DNA of 64,000 bases from Gemmatimonadota bacterium. Lineage in GTDB: Bacteria > Gemmatimonadota > Gemmatimonadetes > JACCXV01 > JAHWKZ01. The notes beneath the pieces are model-generated. The model did not search any database, had not been told where the DNA came from, and worked only from the letters and a program-made list of their open reading frames with translations. The DNA is taken from positions 18,117-82,116 of the forward strand of contig DATKCO010000022.1 in the NCBI GenBank assembly GCA_035513155.1, in the 5' to 3' direction. Shown here in pieces: positions 1-8,315 of the stretch. Made by a program: the position numbers and the translations under genes. Every line of letters starts with the position of its first letter. Positions within the stretch are counted from its first letter, which is position 1.

Positions 1-153
1 CTTGAGGACCTTCTGCTCTTCCGTGGCGTTCCTGACCTCCACCGTACGCAGATGATAGGGACTGCGCATCGTGGAGATCGGGCCCGTGCACGACACGAAG
101 AGCACCGCCAGACCAAGCCCTCTCGCTACCCTGGCTTGACGCATTTTCGCCAT
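1..153 (-). CDS. Lipoprotein, N-terminal fragment (gene continues past the left edge)
   Basis: A minus-strand ATG at 153 (alternative 144) opens MAKMRQARVARGLGLAVLFVSCTGP... This has a basic n-region, a hydrophobic core and an LFVSC lipobox. The frame stays open to position 1. The in-window part is too short to appear in the ORF track. Confidence 0.4.
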   Translation of the reverse strand, partial: MAKMRQARVARGLGLAVLFVSCTGPISTMRSPYHLRTVEVRNATEEQKVLK

Positions 154-164
154 CCCGCTAAGTT
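136..164 (+). promoter_or_regulatory. Candidate sigma-70-type promoter for rpsU
   Basis: TTGACG (136-141), 17 nt, TAAGTT (159-164), about 60 nt upstream of the rpsU ATG. The same TTGACN-N17/18-TAnnnT layout recurs upstream of other operons in this window. Confidence 0.3.
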
Positions 165-226
165 GAGAAGTTACCACGCGTTATCCGCGCCTCATTCCAA
201 CTGCCTCAGGGAGGGATGGAATCCGC

Positions 227-397
227 ATGGCCGAGGTCCAGGTTCGCGAAGGCGAAACACTCGAGAGCGCTCTGAAGCGCTTCCGTCGCGAGGTCAAAAA
301 GTCCAATATCTTCTCCGAGCTGAAGCGCAAGCGCCACTACGAGAAGCCCAGTGAACGTCGGCAGCGCAAGCTTCGCAGCCGCAACCGTCGCGGCTAG
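227..397 (+). CDS. rpsU: 30S ribosomal protein bS21
   Basis: A 57-codon ORF below the track size cutoff. It translates to [56 protein letters not shown], a typical S21 with the HYEKPSE core and basic tail. A GGGAGGGA Shine-Dalgarno-like run lies upstream. Confidence 0.9.
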   Translation: MAEVQVREGETLESALKRFRREVKKSNIFSELKRKRHYEKPSERRQRKLRSRNRRG

Positions 398-403
398 GGC
401 AAT

Positions 404-913
404 ATGGCGGCTCCCGTATTCAACGTCAACGACAAGGTCGTCCACCCCCAATACGGTGGAGGATACGTCGCGGGGATCGAGTCGATCGAGGTCGGCGGCG
501 AGACGATCGAATGTCTCAAGATCCGCTGCGTATCCAAGGGCCGGAAGATCTTCGTTCCCAAGGGGAGCGTGGAGCTCTCGGCCATCCGCCCACCCCTGAA
601 CGGACGGCGCTTCGCCGAGTTGAAGAAGACCCTCACGGGGGAGCCCGAGAAGCTGAACCGGAACTTCAACCGCCGCATGAAGGTCGTGAAGACCAAGCTG
701 GACTCGGGAGATCCCCTCCAGGTCGGCGAGGTCCTGCGCGATATGTATCCGAAATGGTCGGACAACTCCCTTTCCAGCTCCGACCAGCGGATCTTCGAGA
801 AGTGCCGTGACCTGCTCGTCAGCGAGCTCGCCCTGATCCGGAACGCCTCCTACGAGGAGGCGCTGGAGTACCTGGAAGAGACGATGTCCTCGGCCGCCGC
901 CGAGCACGCCTGA
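404..913 (+). CDS. CarD/CdnL family transcriptional regulator
   Basis: Track ORF of 169 aa. The N-terminus FNVNDKVVHPQYGGGYVAGIESIEVGGE... looks like a CarD_CdnL_TRCF (RNAP-interacting) domain. The C-terminal helical part LQVGEVLRDMY...LSSSDQRIFEKCRDLLVSELAL is typical of the family. Confidence 0.85.
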   Translation: MAAPVFNVNDKVVHPQYGGGYVAGIESIEVGGETIECLKIRCVSKGRKIFVPKGSVELSAIRPPLNGRRFAELKKTLTGEPEKLNRNFNRRMKVVKTKLDSGDPLQVGEVLRDMYPKWSDNSLSSSDQRIFEKCRDLLVSELALIRNASYEEALEYLEETMSSAAAEHA

Positions 914-926
914 AGCCCGCTACGAC

Positions 927-1841
927 TTACAGCCAGTTCGGATCGCGAGCCTCGTCCTCGTCGTAGTCGGTCAGGTTCCTGAGGTTCTTCCCGTCCGGAT
1001 CCACCAGCCAGAGATTCTGTTTCCTGTCCGGCCTGCGCGACACGAAGGCGATCCGCTCCCCGGTCGTGCTCCACGCGGGATCGCGGTCCTCCACGTCGTT
1101 TTTGGTCAGACGCGACACCGCTCCGCCGGCCACCACGGCGACCGCGATCTCCGCGGCCGAGCCCGTCCCCTGGGTGAACACGATCCGCGCGCCGTCGGGG
1201 CTCCAGTCCGGTTGCGACTGGCTCTCGCCCCCTCCCGAGGTCAGCGGACGGGGCGAGCCGCCGGCCACGTCGACCAGGAGGATCCGCCTCCGGTCTCCTT
1301 CGTCCCCCACGACCGCGAGCGTGCGGCCGTCGGGAGACCAGGCCGGCTCGCTGAACGACCGTCCGTCGCTCGAGAGCGGACGCGGATTCTCCCCGTCGAC
1401 GTCCGCGATCATCACCTGCGACCGGCCCCCCCGGGTCACGGTGTAGGCGATCCTCTGGTCCCGCGGTCCCACTGCCGGATCCCGGTAGTCCGCGTCGTCG
1501 CCGCCCAGCACGCGACGCTCGTCGTTCCCGTCCAGGTCCATGGACCAGATCTCGTCCCGTCCCGCCGGCGGGCGGCGGGTGAAGAACACGCGCCGCAACC
1601 CCGGGGCGAAGAAGGGCTGGGTGTCGATGCCTTCCTCGCCGGTCAGGCGCAGCTCGTTCCCCTTCCGGGCCACGACGAAGTAGATGTCCGTGCTGCCTGC
1701 GATGGAGTCCACGTCGAGCTTGGAGTAGAGGATCCGCACGGAGGACGGCAGCTGCGCGGGAGGCGAGTAGAGGCAGGCCGCGGCCACGAGCGCGGGCGCC
1801 ATGAGCGCGAACGGCACCCGATGGAGCGCGGACCGCGTCAC
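927..1841 (-). CDS. TolB-like PD40 beta-propeller lipoprotein
   Basis: Repeated PD40 motifs ([40 protein letters not shown]). A GTG at 1841 gives the signal/lipobox [23 protein letters not shown] and forms a GTGA overlap with the dcd stop. An alternative ATG lies at 1802. The upstream part of track ORF 927..2057 overlaps dcd and is rejected. Confidence 0.7.
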   Translation of the reverse strand: MTRSALHRVPFALMAPALVAAACLYSPPAQLPSSVRILYSKLDVDSIAGSTDIYFVVARKGNELRLTGEEGIDTQPFFAPGLRRVFFTRRPPAGRDEIWSMDLDGNDERRVLGGDDADYRDPAVGPRDQRIAYTVTRGGRSQVMIADVDGENPRPLSSDGRSFSEPAWSPDGRTLAVVGDEGDRRRILLVDVAGGSPRPLTSGGGESQSQPDWSPDGARIVFTQGTGSAAEIAVAVVAGGAVSRLTKNDVEDRDPAWSTTGERIAFVSRRPDRKQNLWLVDPDGKNLRNLTDYDEDEARDPNWL

Positions 1842-2392
1842 AGCTTCGGCAGCGTCACACCACGCTGCGCCTGGTACTTGCCGCCGCGATCGGCGTAGGT
1901 CATCTCGCACGGCTCGTCGGATTCGAAGAAGAGCACCTGCGCGATCCCCTCGTTGGCGTAGATCTTCGCCGGCAGTGGCGTCGTATTGGAGATCTCGAGT
2001 GTCACATGTCCCTCCCACTCCGGCTCGAATGGCGTAACGTTCACGATTATGCCGCAACGGGCATAAGTCGATTTTCCGACGCAGATCGTCAGCACGTTGC
2101 GGGGGATTCGGAAGTACTCGATCGTGCGGGCGAGCGCGAACGAATTGGGCGGCACGATGCAGGTCTCTCCCTGCCAGTCGACGAACGAGCGCGGATCGAA
2201 GTTCTTCGGGTCGACGGTCGCGGCGTACACGTTGGTGAAGATCTTGAACTCGTCGGCCACCCGGACGTCGTAGCCGTAGGAAGACACCCCGTAGGAGATC
2301 ACGCCCTCTCGCACCTGGCGGTCGGAGAACGGCTCGATCATCCCGTGCTCCTTCGCCATCCGTGCGATCCAGCGGTCGGGCCGGATGCTCAA
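1838..2392 (-). CDS. dcd: dCTP deaminase
   Basis: [21 protein letters not shown]...[18 protein letters not shown]...[33 protein letters not shown]...[17 protein letters not shown] is colinear with the roughly 188-aa Dcd type. A TTG start at 2392 gives a TTGA overlap with the upstream gene's stop. The 355-aa track ORF is an Arg/Pro-rich over-extension. Confidence 0.9.
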   Translation of the reverse strand: MSIRPDRWIARMAKEHGMIEPFSDRQVREGVISYGVSSYGYDVRVADEFKIFTNVYAATVDPKNFDPRSFVDWQGETCIVPPNSFALARTIEYFRIPRNVLTICVGKSTYARCGIIVNVTPFEPEWEGHVTLEISNTTPLPAKIYANEGIAQVLFFESDEPCEMTYADRGGKYQAQRGVTLPKL

Positions 2393-3222
2393 AGCGCCTC
2401 GTTCATGCTGCCGCTCCGGTACCCCTCCAGGTCGCAGGCGACCCAGACGTAGCCGAGCGCCTTCAGCTCGGGGACGACCTCCCCGGCCGCCGCCAGCAAC
2501 CGGGCGCGGTCTCCCGGCGGCACCTCGATGCGGGCGACGTCCCCGTGGTGGCGCACCCGGACGACCTCGAACCCCGCCTCGCGCAGCACCCGCTCGGCCT
2601 TCCCGACGCGGCCCAGCTTCTCGGTCGTGATCGTCTCCCCGTAGGGGAAGCGCGAGGCGAGGCAGGCGTTGGCGGGCTTGTCGGCCGTCGGCAGCCCGAG
2701 CCGTCGGGAGAGCTCGCGGACGTCGGCCTTGGTGAAGCCGGCCTCCTTCAGCGGCGACAGGATTCCGCGCTCGTCCAGCGCCCGGAGCCCCGGACGGAAG
2801 TCGAGGGCGTCCTCGGCGTGGGAGCCGTCGATCACCGCCCGGAACCCGCGGGTGGACGCCAGCTCCTTCAGGTCGCCATACAGGTCGGCTTTGCAGTAAT
2901 AGCACCGCTCGGGCGGGTTCAGCAGGAATCCTTCGTCCTCCAGCTCGGTGGATTGGACGCGCTCGTGCGCGGCCCCCAGCGCCCCGGCCAGGCGCGTCGC
3001 CTCGTCGACCTCGTCGGCGTCGTAGGTGGCGCTCGCGGCCGTGACGGCGAGCACGTTCGCCGCCCCCAGTACGTCCAACGACTTCCTGAGGAGCAAAGTT
3101 GAATCGACGCCGCCGGAGTATCCGAGGAGCACCGAGCCGGCGTCTCGCAGGATCGACTCCAGCCGGCGCTCCTTCTCCTCGAGCGCGGCGGACGTGGAGA
3201 TGGGGGACGGCATCGGCTTCAT
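2389..3222 (-). CDS. LarE-family PP-loop ATP pyrophosphatase (TIGR00268-type sulfur transferase)
   Basis: SGGVDS PP-loop, then [14 protein letters not shown] and [13 protein letters not shown] near the C-terminus. ATG at 3222 (MKPMPSP...). Confidence 0.8.
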   Translation of the reverse strand: MKPMPSPISTSAALEEKERRLESILRDAGSVLLGYSGGVDSTLLLRKSLDVLGAANVLAVTAASATYDADEVDEATRLAGALGAAHERVQSTELEDEGFLLNPPERCYYCKADLYGDLKELASTRGFRAVIDGSHAEDALDFRPGLRALDERGILSPLKEAGFTKADVRELSRRLGLPTADKPANACLASRFPYGETITTEKLGRVGKAERVLREAGFEVVRVRHHGDVARIEVPPGDRARLLAAAGEVVPELKALGYVWVACDLEGYRSGSMNEAL

Positions 3223-3245
3223 GGAACCGGCAAGGTACCGGGGGG

Positions 3246-4091
3246 TCACCCCGAGCGCACGCCGTTCACCGCGACGATCCGGCCCGCGGGATCGACCGCC
3301 AGCAGGTGGTTCCTGTCGTGCCTGTGAGGGGCTTCGAACCGCTCGAGCGTGCGCACGAGGTCGGGCAGCCGCGAGGCGGCCACGACGAAGGCGGTGCCGT
3401 AGATCCCCGGCGGCTCGCGCGCCTCGACGCGGATCTGGTGGTCCCCGGCAAGGAGGGGTGGATCGGTCTCCCGGGCGGCCTTCCCGGACTCGGGATCCGA
3501 CGCCATGGGGCCGATCCCCAGGGACTCGAGGAAGCCCGCGAGCGCGGCGGTGTCGGTGGCGCCCAGGGTGACGCCCAGGAGACCAGGGTTCTCCAGGCCT
3601 CTCCACACCTTCGTCCGGCGATAGAAGGGACCGTGCCGGCTCCGGGCCACCACCGTCGCGGCGGGTAGCGGAACGTGGAGGTCGACCCGCACGTCGGCCG
3701 GCGCGTCGAGCGAGACGACGTAGCGGTTCGACCCGGCGGGGTCGTCGTCGGGGACCAGCTCCGCGTCCGGCCAGGCCGCGCGCATCTCGTCGCCGTCGTC
3801 GGGGAAGGCCACCACCCGCGTCGGGGAGAGGCCCAGCCCGACGAGCCAGGCGGCGGTATCGGACGGCTCTCCCGCCTCGATCCGGATCTCGATCACCTCG
3901 GGGGTCTCGGGATCGGCCGCGGCGTCGACCAGGATCACCCGGTCCTCCTTCCCCCAGCCGAGGCTCGCGGTTCCCCCGACCGGGTCCTCGGCCGAGGCCT
4001 TCATTCCCAGTACCCAGCGGTAGAACTTCTCGGCCGCGGCGAGATCGGGAACAGGCAGGATGACGGCCTGGAGGCGGAGCGCACTCGACAT
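3246..4091 (-). CDS. VOC (glyoxalase/bleomycin-resistance/dioxygenase) family protein, two domains
   Basis: Two VOC-like modules ([24 protein letters not shown]... and [24 protein letters not shown]...). ATG at 4091. The upstream 139 codons of the track ORF are Arg/Gly-rich and overlap the helicase gene. Confidence 0.65.
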   Translation of the reverse strand: MSSALRLQAVILPVPDLAAAEKFYRWVLGMKASAEDPVGGTASLGWGKEDRVILVDAAADPETPEVIEIRIEAGEPSDTAAWLVGLGLSPTRVVAFPDDGDEMRAAWPDAELVPDDDPAGSNRYVVSLDAPADVRVDLHVPLPAATVVARSRHGPFYRRTKVWRGLENPGLLGVTLGATDTAALAGFLESLGIGPMASDPESGKAARETDPPLLAGDHQIRVEAREPPGIYGTAFVVAASRLPDLVRTLERFEAPHRHDRNHLLAVDPAGRIVAVNGVRSG

Positions 4092-4138
4092 GCGCGCGAA
4101 ACCTAGCGGGGCCGGGCGTGGCAGACGAGGAACGCCCA

Positions 4139-5608
4139 TCAGGCTCCCGCGCGCTCGAGCAGCCCCGCCTCGACCAGGAACCGGCTGGGCCGGGCCTCGT
4201 CGCGAGGCACCGCGACCCAGGACGCGACGAGCTCGTTCGAGGCGCGCGTGAGCGCCACGTAGAACAGCCGCCGCTCCGCCTCGACGTCGGCGCGCGGGTG
4301 GGGCAGGACCCCCTCGTTGCATCCCGGGAGGAAGACGACCGGCCATTGGAGTCCCTTGGCGCGAAAGTAGGTCGCCACCGTGACCGCGTCGGCGGGGCCT
4401 TCGTCCCGCTGCGGCGCGCCCGCCCCGCGTTCCGCCCTCACCCGGCACGGCACACCCGCGGCGCGAAGCCGCTCGGCCAGCGCTGCGCAATGCGCGTTCG
4501 TGCGGCACAGGACCGCGAGCTCCGACGGCCGGCGGCCACCGTCGATCGCCTTGCGCGCGCGCTGTGCGAGACCCAGGCCCTCGGCATCGGTCCCACCGGT
4601 CGCGGCGACGATCACGCGAGCCGCATCGGACCGGGCCGCCACCGGGGACTTCGGGATCCTCCCCCGGTTGTGCCCCACCAGCCGCACGGCGTGCGCCAGC
4701 AGGTTCGGCGGGTTCCGGTAGTTGATCGCCAGCTCGTGGGACTCGACCGGGCGGCCGAGCTTCCGCTCAAGCCCGACAATGAACTCGGACGAGCAGCCGC
4801 GGAAGCCGTAGATCGCCTGGTCGTCGTCTCCGGTGACGAGCAGGTCGGCGCGCGCGGCCAGCCGGCGCACGAGCTCGAAGTCCAGCCGATTGATGTCCTG
4901 GAACTCGTCGACCACCACTTCGATCCACCGGGCCTCGACCGCCGGGCGCAGGTCCGACCGGTCCAGCAGCCCGAGCGCCCGGAGCTTCTGGTCGTCGAAG
5001 TCGAGCACGCGGGCGGCCCGCATCTCCCGCTCCGTGGCCGCGAACAGCGCGGCGATCAGCCGGGGCTTCACGCCCGAGACGTCGGTGTCGAGGTGGTCGA
5101 GTCGTTCCGCGGCCACGGGGTCGCGCGCGAGGAAGCGCGCGAATGCCCGCTCGTTCCCCGAGCGGGGGTCGTGGAGCGCGTTCTTGAGGAGTGCGAAGAG
5201 CTCGCGGACGACCGGGCCCCGGTCCGCGAGCTCTGCCGGCGCCCCCAGCGCGGCGCACGCGCGGGCCAGCAGCCGATCGGCTTCGGCCTCGTCGACCACA
5301 CCGCGCGCCTCCTGCGGCGCGTGGCGCCGCAGGAGCGCGGCCCCGAACGCGTTCAACGTCGAGATCGTGCAGCCCGTGGTATCGATCCCCCGCTCGCGGG
5401 AGCGCGCTGCGAGCCGCTCGACCAGCGAGGCGCGGGCGGCGCGGTCGAACGTCAGGACCAGGATCCGCGAGGCGGGGGCGCCCTCCTCGATCCGGCCCAG
5501 CGCGCGTTCCACGATCGTCTGGGTCTTCCCCGATCCCGCCGGAGCCACCATCCGGATCGTCCGCGCCCGGCATTCGACGACGCGCCGCTGGTGCTCGTCG
5601 ACCGGCAC
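4139..5608 (-). CDS. UvrD/REP-type superfamily 1 DNA helicase (short form, 489 aa)
   Basis: Walker A APAGSGKTQT, DEFQD motif II, GDDDQAIYGFRG, and C-terminal VALTRA. Confidence 0.85.
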   Translation of the reverse strand: MPVDEHQRRVVECRARTIRMVAPAGSGKTQTIVERALGRIEEGAPASRILVLTFDRAARASLVERLAARSRERGIDTTGCTISTLNAFGAALLRRHAPQEARGVVDEAEADRLLARACAALGAPAELADRGPVVRELFALLKNALHDPRSGNERAFARFLARDPVAAERLDHLDTDVSGVKPRLIAALFAATEREMRAARVLDFDDQKLRALGLLDRSDLRPAVEARWIEVVVDEFQDINRLDFELVRRLAARADLLVTGDDDQAIYGFRGCSSEFIVGLERKLGRPVESHELAINYRNPPNLLAHAVRLVGHNRGRIPKSPVAARSDAARVIVAATGGTDAEGLGLAQRARKAIDGGRRPSELAVLCRTNAHCAALAERLRAAGVPCRVRAERGAGAPQRDEGPADAVTVATYFRAKGLQWPVVFLPGCNEGVLPHPRADVEAERRLFYVALTRASNELVASWVAVPRDEARPSRFLVEAGLLERAGA

Positions 5609-5612
5609 GGGG

Positions 5613-7157
5613 TCACCCCGTCCTCACCCGCGCCTCCTTCGAGTCCCGGTCGTCGGGCTCCGGCGCGGGACGATCGAGCGCGCGGTACTGGATCGCCTCG
5701 GCGACGTCTGCGGACCGGATCTCTTCGCGCCCCTCCAGGTCGGCGATCGTCCGGGCGACCCGGAGCACGCGGACGTGCGCCCGGGCCGACAATCCGAGAC
5801 GGGCGTGCGCCCCTTCGAGGATGCGCCCCCCCTCCCGGTCGAGCCGGTCCCAGCCCATCCCCGGCTCGAGCGCGGAGTTGAGGCGGCCGCGCGCCCGCTG
5901 CCGCGCCCGCGCGGCCTCCACGCGTCGCCGCACGGGTCGGGAGCGCTCGGCGGCGTGGCCGCCCACGAGCTCACGGAACTCGAGCGAGCGGAACGGGACG
6001 TGGAGGTCGATCCGGTCGAGCAGCGGTCCGGAGACCCGCGCCCGGTAGATCCGACGCGCCCCGGGTGTGCAGCGGCACGCCCGGCGGTCGTCGCCCCACC
6101 ACCCGCACGGGCACGGGTTCATCGCGCCGACCAGCAGGAAGCGGGTCGGGAACCGGAGGCGTCGGGTCGCGCGGCCGATCACGATCTCCCCGTCCTCCAG
6201 CGGCTGCCGGAGCCCCTCCAGCGCGTCCCGGCGGAACTCCGGCAGCTCGTCGAGGAACAGGACCCCCCGGTGCGCCAGGCACACCTCGCCCGCGCGGGGC
6301 GGCCGCCCGCCGCCGAGAAGCCCGGCCGCGGAAACCCCGTGGTGCGGGGCGCGGAAGGGCGGCGTCGTCACGAGCGGCCGATCGGGGGAGAGGATCCCCC
6401 AGGCCGAGTGGATCGCGGTGACCTCGAGCGCCTCGGCCGGGTCGAGCGGCGGCAGGATGGTCGGGAGCCGGCGGGCGAGGAACGTCTTGCCGGCGCCCGG
6501 AGGCCCGATCAGGAGCGCGTTGTGAAACCCCGCCGCCGCGATCTCGAGCGCCCGCCGCGCGACCTCCTGGCCGCGGACCTGCCCCCAGTCGGGCCCGAGC
6601 CGGGGGAGCCGGGCGGGGGACGGTGGCGCGGTGGCGGGCTCGATCCGGGCCAGGCCCGAGACGTGGTCCACCGCCTCGCGCAGCGACCCCACCGGGATCG
6701 CGTCTAGCCCGCGGACGAGCGCGGCCTCGCAGGCGTTCTCCGTCGCGACCAGCACCTGGCCCGCTCCGCGTTCGGCGAGCGCGGCCGCCGCCGGGAGCAC
6801 GCCCCGCACCGGCCTCACCCGGCCGTCCAGGGCGAGCTCGCCGAGGGCGCAGAGGGGCGCGTCCGCCGGAGCCACGATCCCGTCCGCCTGGAGGATCGCC
6901 AGCGCGATCGGCAGATCGAAGGCCGATCCGCTCTTCGGCTCGTCGGCCGGCGCCAGATTGACGGTGATTCGACGGAGCGGCAGCGCGAACCCGCTGTTGC
7001 CGAGGGCCGCCGTCACCCGCTCCCGGCTCTCGCGCACGACCCCGTCCGGGAGCCCGACCAGGTGGAACGTGGGAAGCCCCCGGGAGAGATCGACCTCGAC
7101 CGTGATCGGTCGGGCGGTGAGGCCCAGGAGCGACGCGGTGTGGACGCGCGCGAGCAC
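5613..7157 (-). CDS. YifB/ComM family Mg-chelatase-like AAA+ ATPase
   Basis: Lon-protease-like N-terminal domain (DLSRGLPTFHLVGLPD...VRESRERV). Walker A GPPGAGKT, LFLDELPEF, and C-terminal SARAHVRVLRVARTIADLEG. Confidence 0.9.
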   Translation of the reverse strand: MLARVHTASLLGLTARPITVEVDLSRGLPTFHLVGLPDGVVRESRERVTAALGNSGFALPLRRITVNLAPADEPKSGSAFDLPIALAILQADGIVAPADAPLCALGELALDGRVRPVRGVLPAAAALAERGAGQVLVATENACEAALVRGLDAIPVGSLREAVDHVSGLARIEPATAPPSPARLPRLGPDWGQVRGQEVARRALEIAAAGFHNALLIGPPGAGKTFLARRLPTILPPLDPAEALEVTAIHSAWGILSPDRPLVTTPPFRAPHHGVSAAGLLGGGRPPRAGEVCLAHRGVLFLDELPEFRRDALEGLRQPLEDGEIVIGRATRRLRFPTRFLLVGAMNPCPCGWWGDDRRACRCTPGARRIYRARVSGPLLDRIDLHVPFRSLEFRELVGGHAAERSRPVRRRVEAARARQRARGRLNSALEPGMGWDRLDREGGRILEGAHARLGLSARAHVRVLRVARTIADLEGREEIRSADVAEAIQYRALDRPAPEPDDRDSKEARVRTG

Positions 7158-7218
7158 GGCTGGAGGCGGTGCAAGAGGCGGACCGACCCGACGGCTGCGG
7201 CTGGCCCCCGGAACGTAA

Positions 7219-7246
7219 GAAGGCCCGCGCCGGAGCGCGGGCCTTC
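7219..7246 (-). terminator. Candidate intrinsic terminator after the 7278..8105 gene
   Basis: Perfect 12-bp GC-rich stem GAAGGCCCGCGC/GCGCGGGCCTTC with a 4-nt loop, about 30 nt downstream of the stop. On the minus strand it is followed by TTACGTT. Confidence 0.5.
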
Positions 7247-7277
7247 CGCGGAACGTCGGCCGGCGTTCGCGATCGCC

Positions 7278-8105
7278 TCAGTCCACCAGCTCGATCTTCT
7301 CCTCGCGCTGCTGGACGATCGGGATCAGGAGGTTCTGGCCTCCGGCCACCACGAACGCGTCCATCTTCATCTCGCTCGTCTCGGTGCCGCCCAGGTAGAG
7401 GCCGGCATCGGTGACGAAGTAGAACGAGCCCGTGCCCGTTCCCTCACCGGACAGGGATATGTCGGCGCCCTGCTGGCTGCCACTGCCCTCGATCGCCACC
7501 TCGGACGTGTAATCCACCTGCAAGGCGTCCTGGCCCGCGTACTCCCCCTCTCCCCTCGCCGTGTAGTGGTTGACCCGCTCGATCGTCATGTCGAGACCGT
7601 TCTGGTTGGTCGTCAAGTTCATCGTGTCCGACCAGGTCTGGCCATCCGCGATCGGCTCGGCCGGCAGGATCGGGTAGAAGCCGCGGTAGGTCATGGCGAA
7701 GTCGAGTCGGGACGCGGCTTCCGGCAGCGAATCGGGCAGGACGACATCGGTGACGTTGCCCCGATCGTCCATGACGATCTGGATCGTCTTGCCGTAGAGC
7801 AGCGTGAAGTCCTGATCCCCGCCGCCGGGCTGCGTCACGAGCGAGAGGCTGTCGTGGACGACCTCGACCGTGCGACCGCTCTCCCCGGCGTCCTTCACCG
7901 TCGTGTCGAACCGCCAGTAGCTGCTCACCTCGGCCTTCTGCTCGGCTCCGTTGACGGTCTGGGTGACGTTGTCGTGCTGGGTCCGCACGTAGGTGTGGGT
8001 CGTGCCGGGATCGGCGCCGTACCGAAGCGTCTGGGAGATCGCGACGTCCGCGCTCCCGGCCAGCCACGCCAGGGTGGCAAGGGAAATAGCGGTCAGGGTC
8101 TTCAA
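7278..8105 (-). CDS. Secreted hypothetical protein
   Basis: A TTG at 8105 is preceded by AGGAGG at about 6 nt. The N-terminus MKTLTAISLATLAWLAGSADVAISQ is a signal peptide. The mature part is beta-rich and I recognise no family. Confidence 0.6.
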   Translation of the reverse strand: MKTLTAISLATLAWLAGSADVAISQTLRYGADPGTTHTYVRTQHDNVTQTVNGAEQKAEVSSYWRFDTTVKDAGESGRTVEVVHDSLSLVTQPGGGDQDFTLLYGKTIQIVMDDRGNVTDVVLPDSLPEAASRLDFAMTYRGFYPILPAEPIADGQTWSDTMNLTTNQNGLDMTIERVNHYTARGEGEYAGQDALQVDYTSEVAIEGSGSQQGADISLSGEGTGTGSFYFVTDAGLYLGGTETSEMKMDAFVVAGGQNLLIPIVQQREEKIELVD

Positions 8106-8315
8106 GGGCTTCCTCCTGGGAATGCGGGGCGGGAGCGAACGGATGTCCGTTCCTCCCGTGACTGGACTGAGATGGATGAATGGGCAATAATGTTCGCTTG
8201 TAGGTACCCGCTCGGGCAAGGCGGGTTCCGACATTCCTTCGCGCGATCGCGTTCATCCTAGCGAGCACGAACTCTACGGGATCGTGGGCTCGTCCCATCG
8301 CATCGACGGGGGCCA

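Noticed and set aside
1838-2905. Over-extended N-termini of several track ORFs (dcd 355 aa; 2389..3606; 3246..4508; 10618..11856; 16664..18445; 46243..48360; 28780..30735; 29829..31739).
   Set aside because: The extensions overlap upstream genes and are compositionally non-coding (Arg/Pro/Gly). Internal starts with SD sequences, signal peptides or 4-nt overlaps reproduce the normal family lengths.
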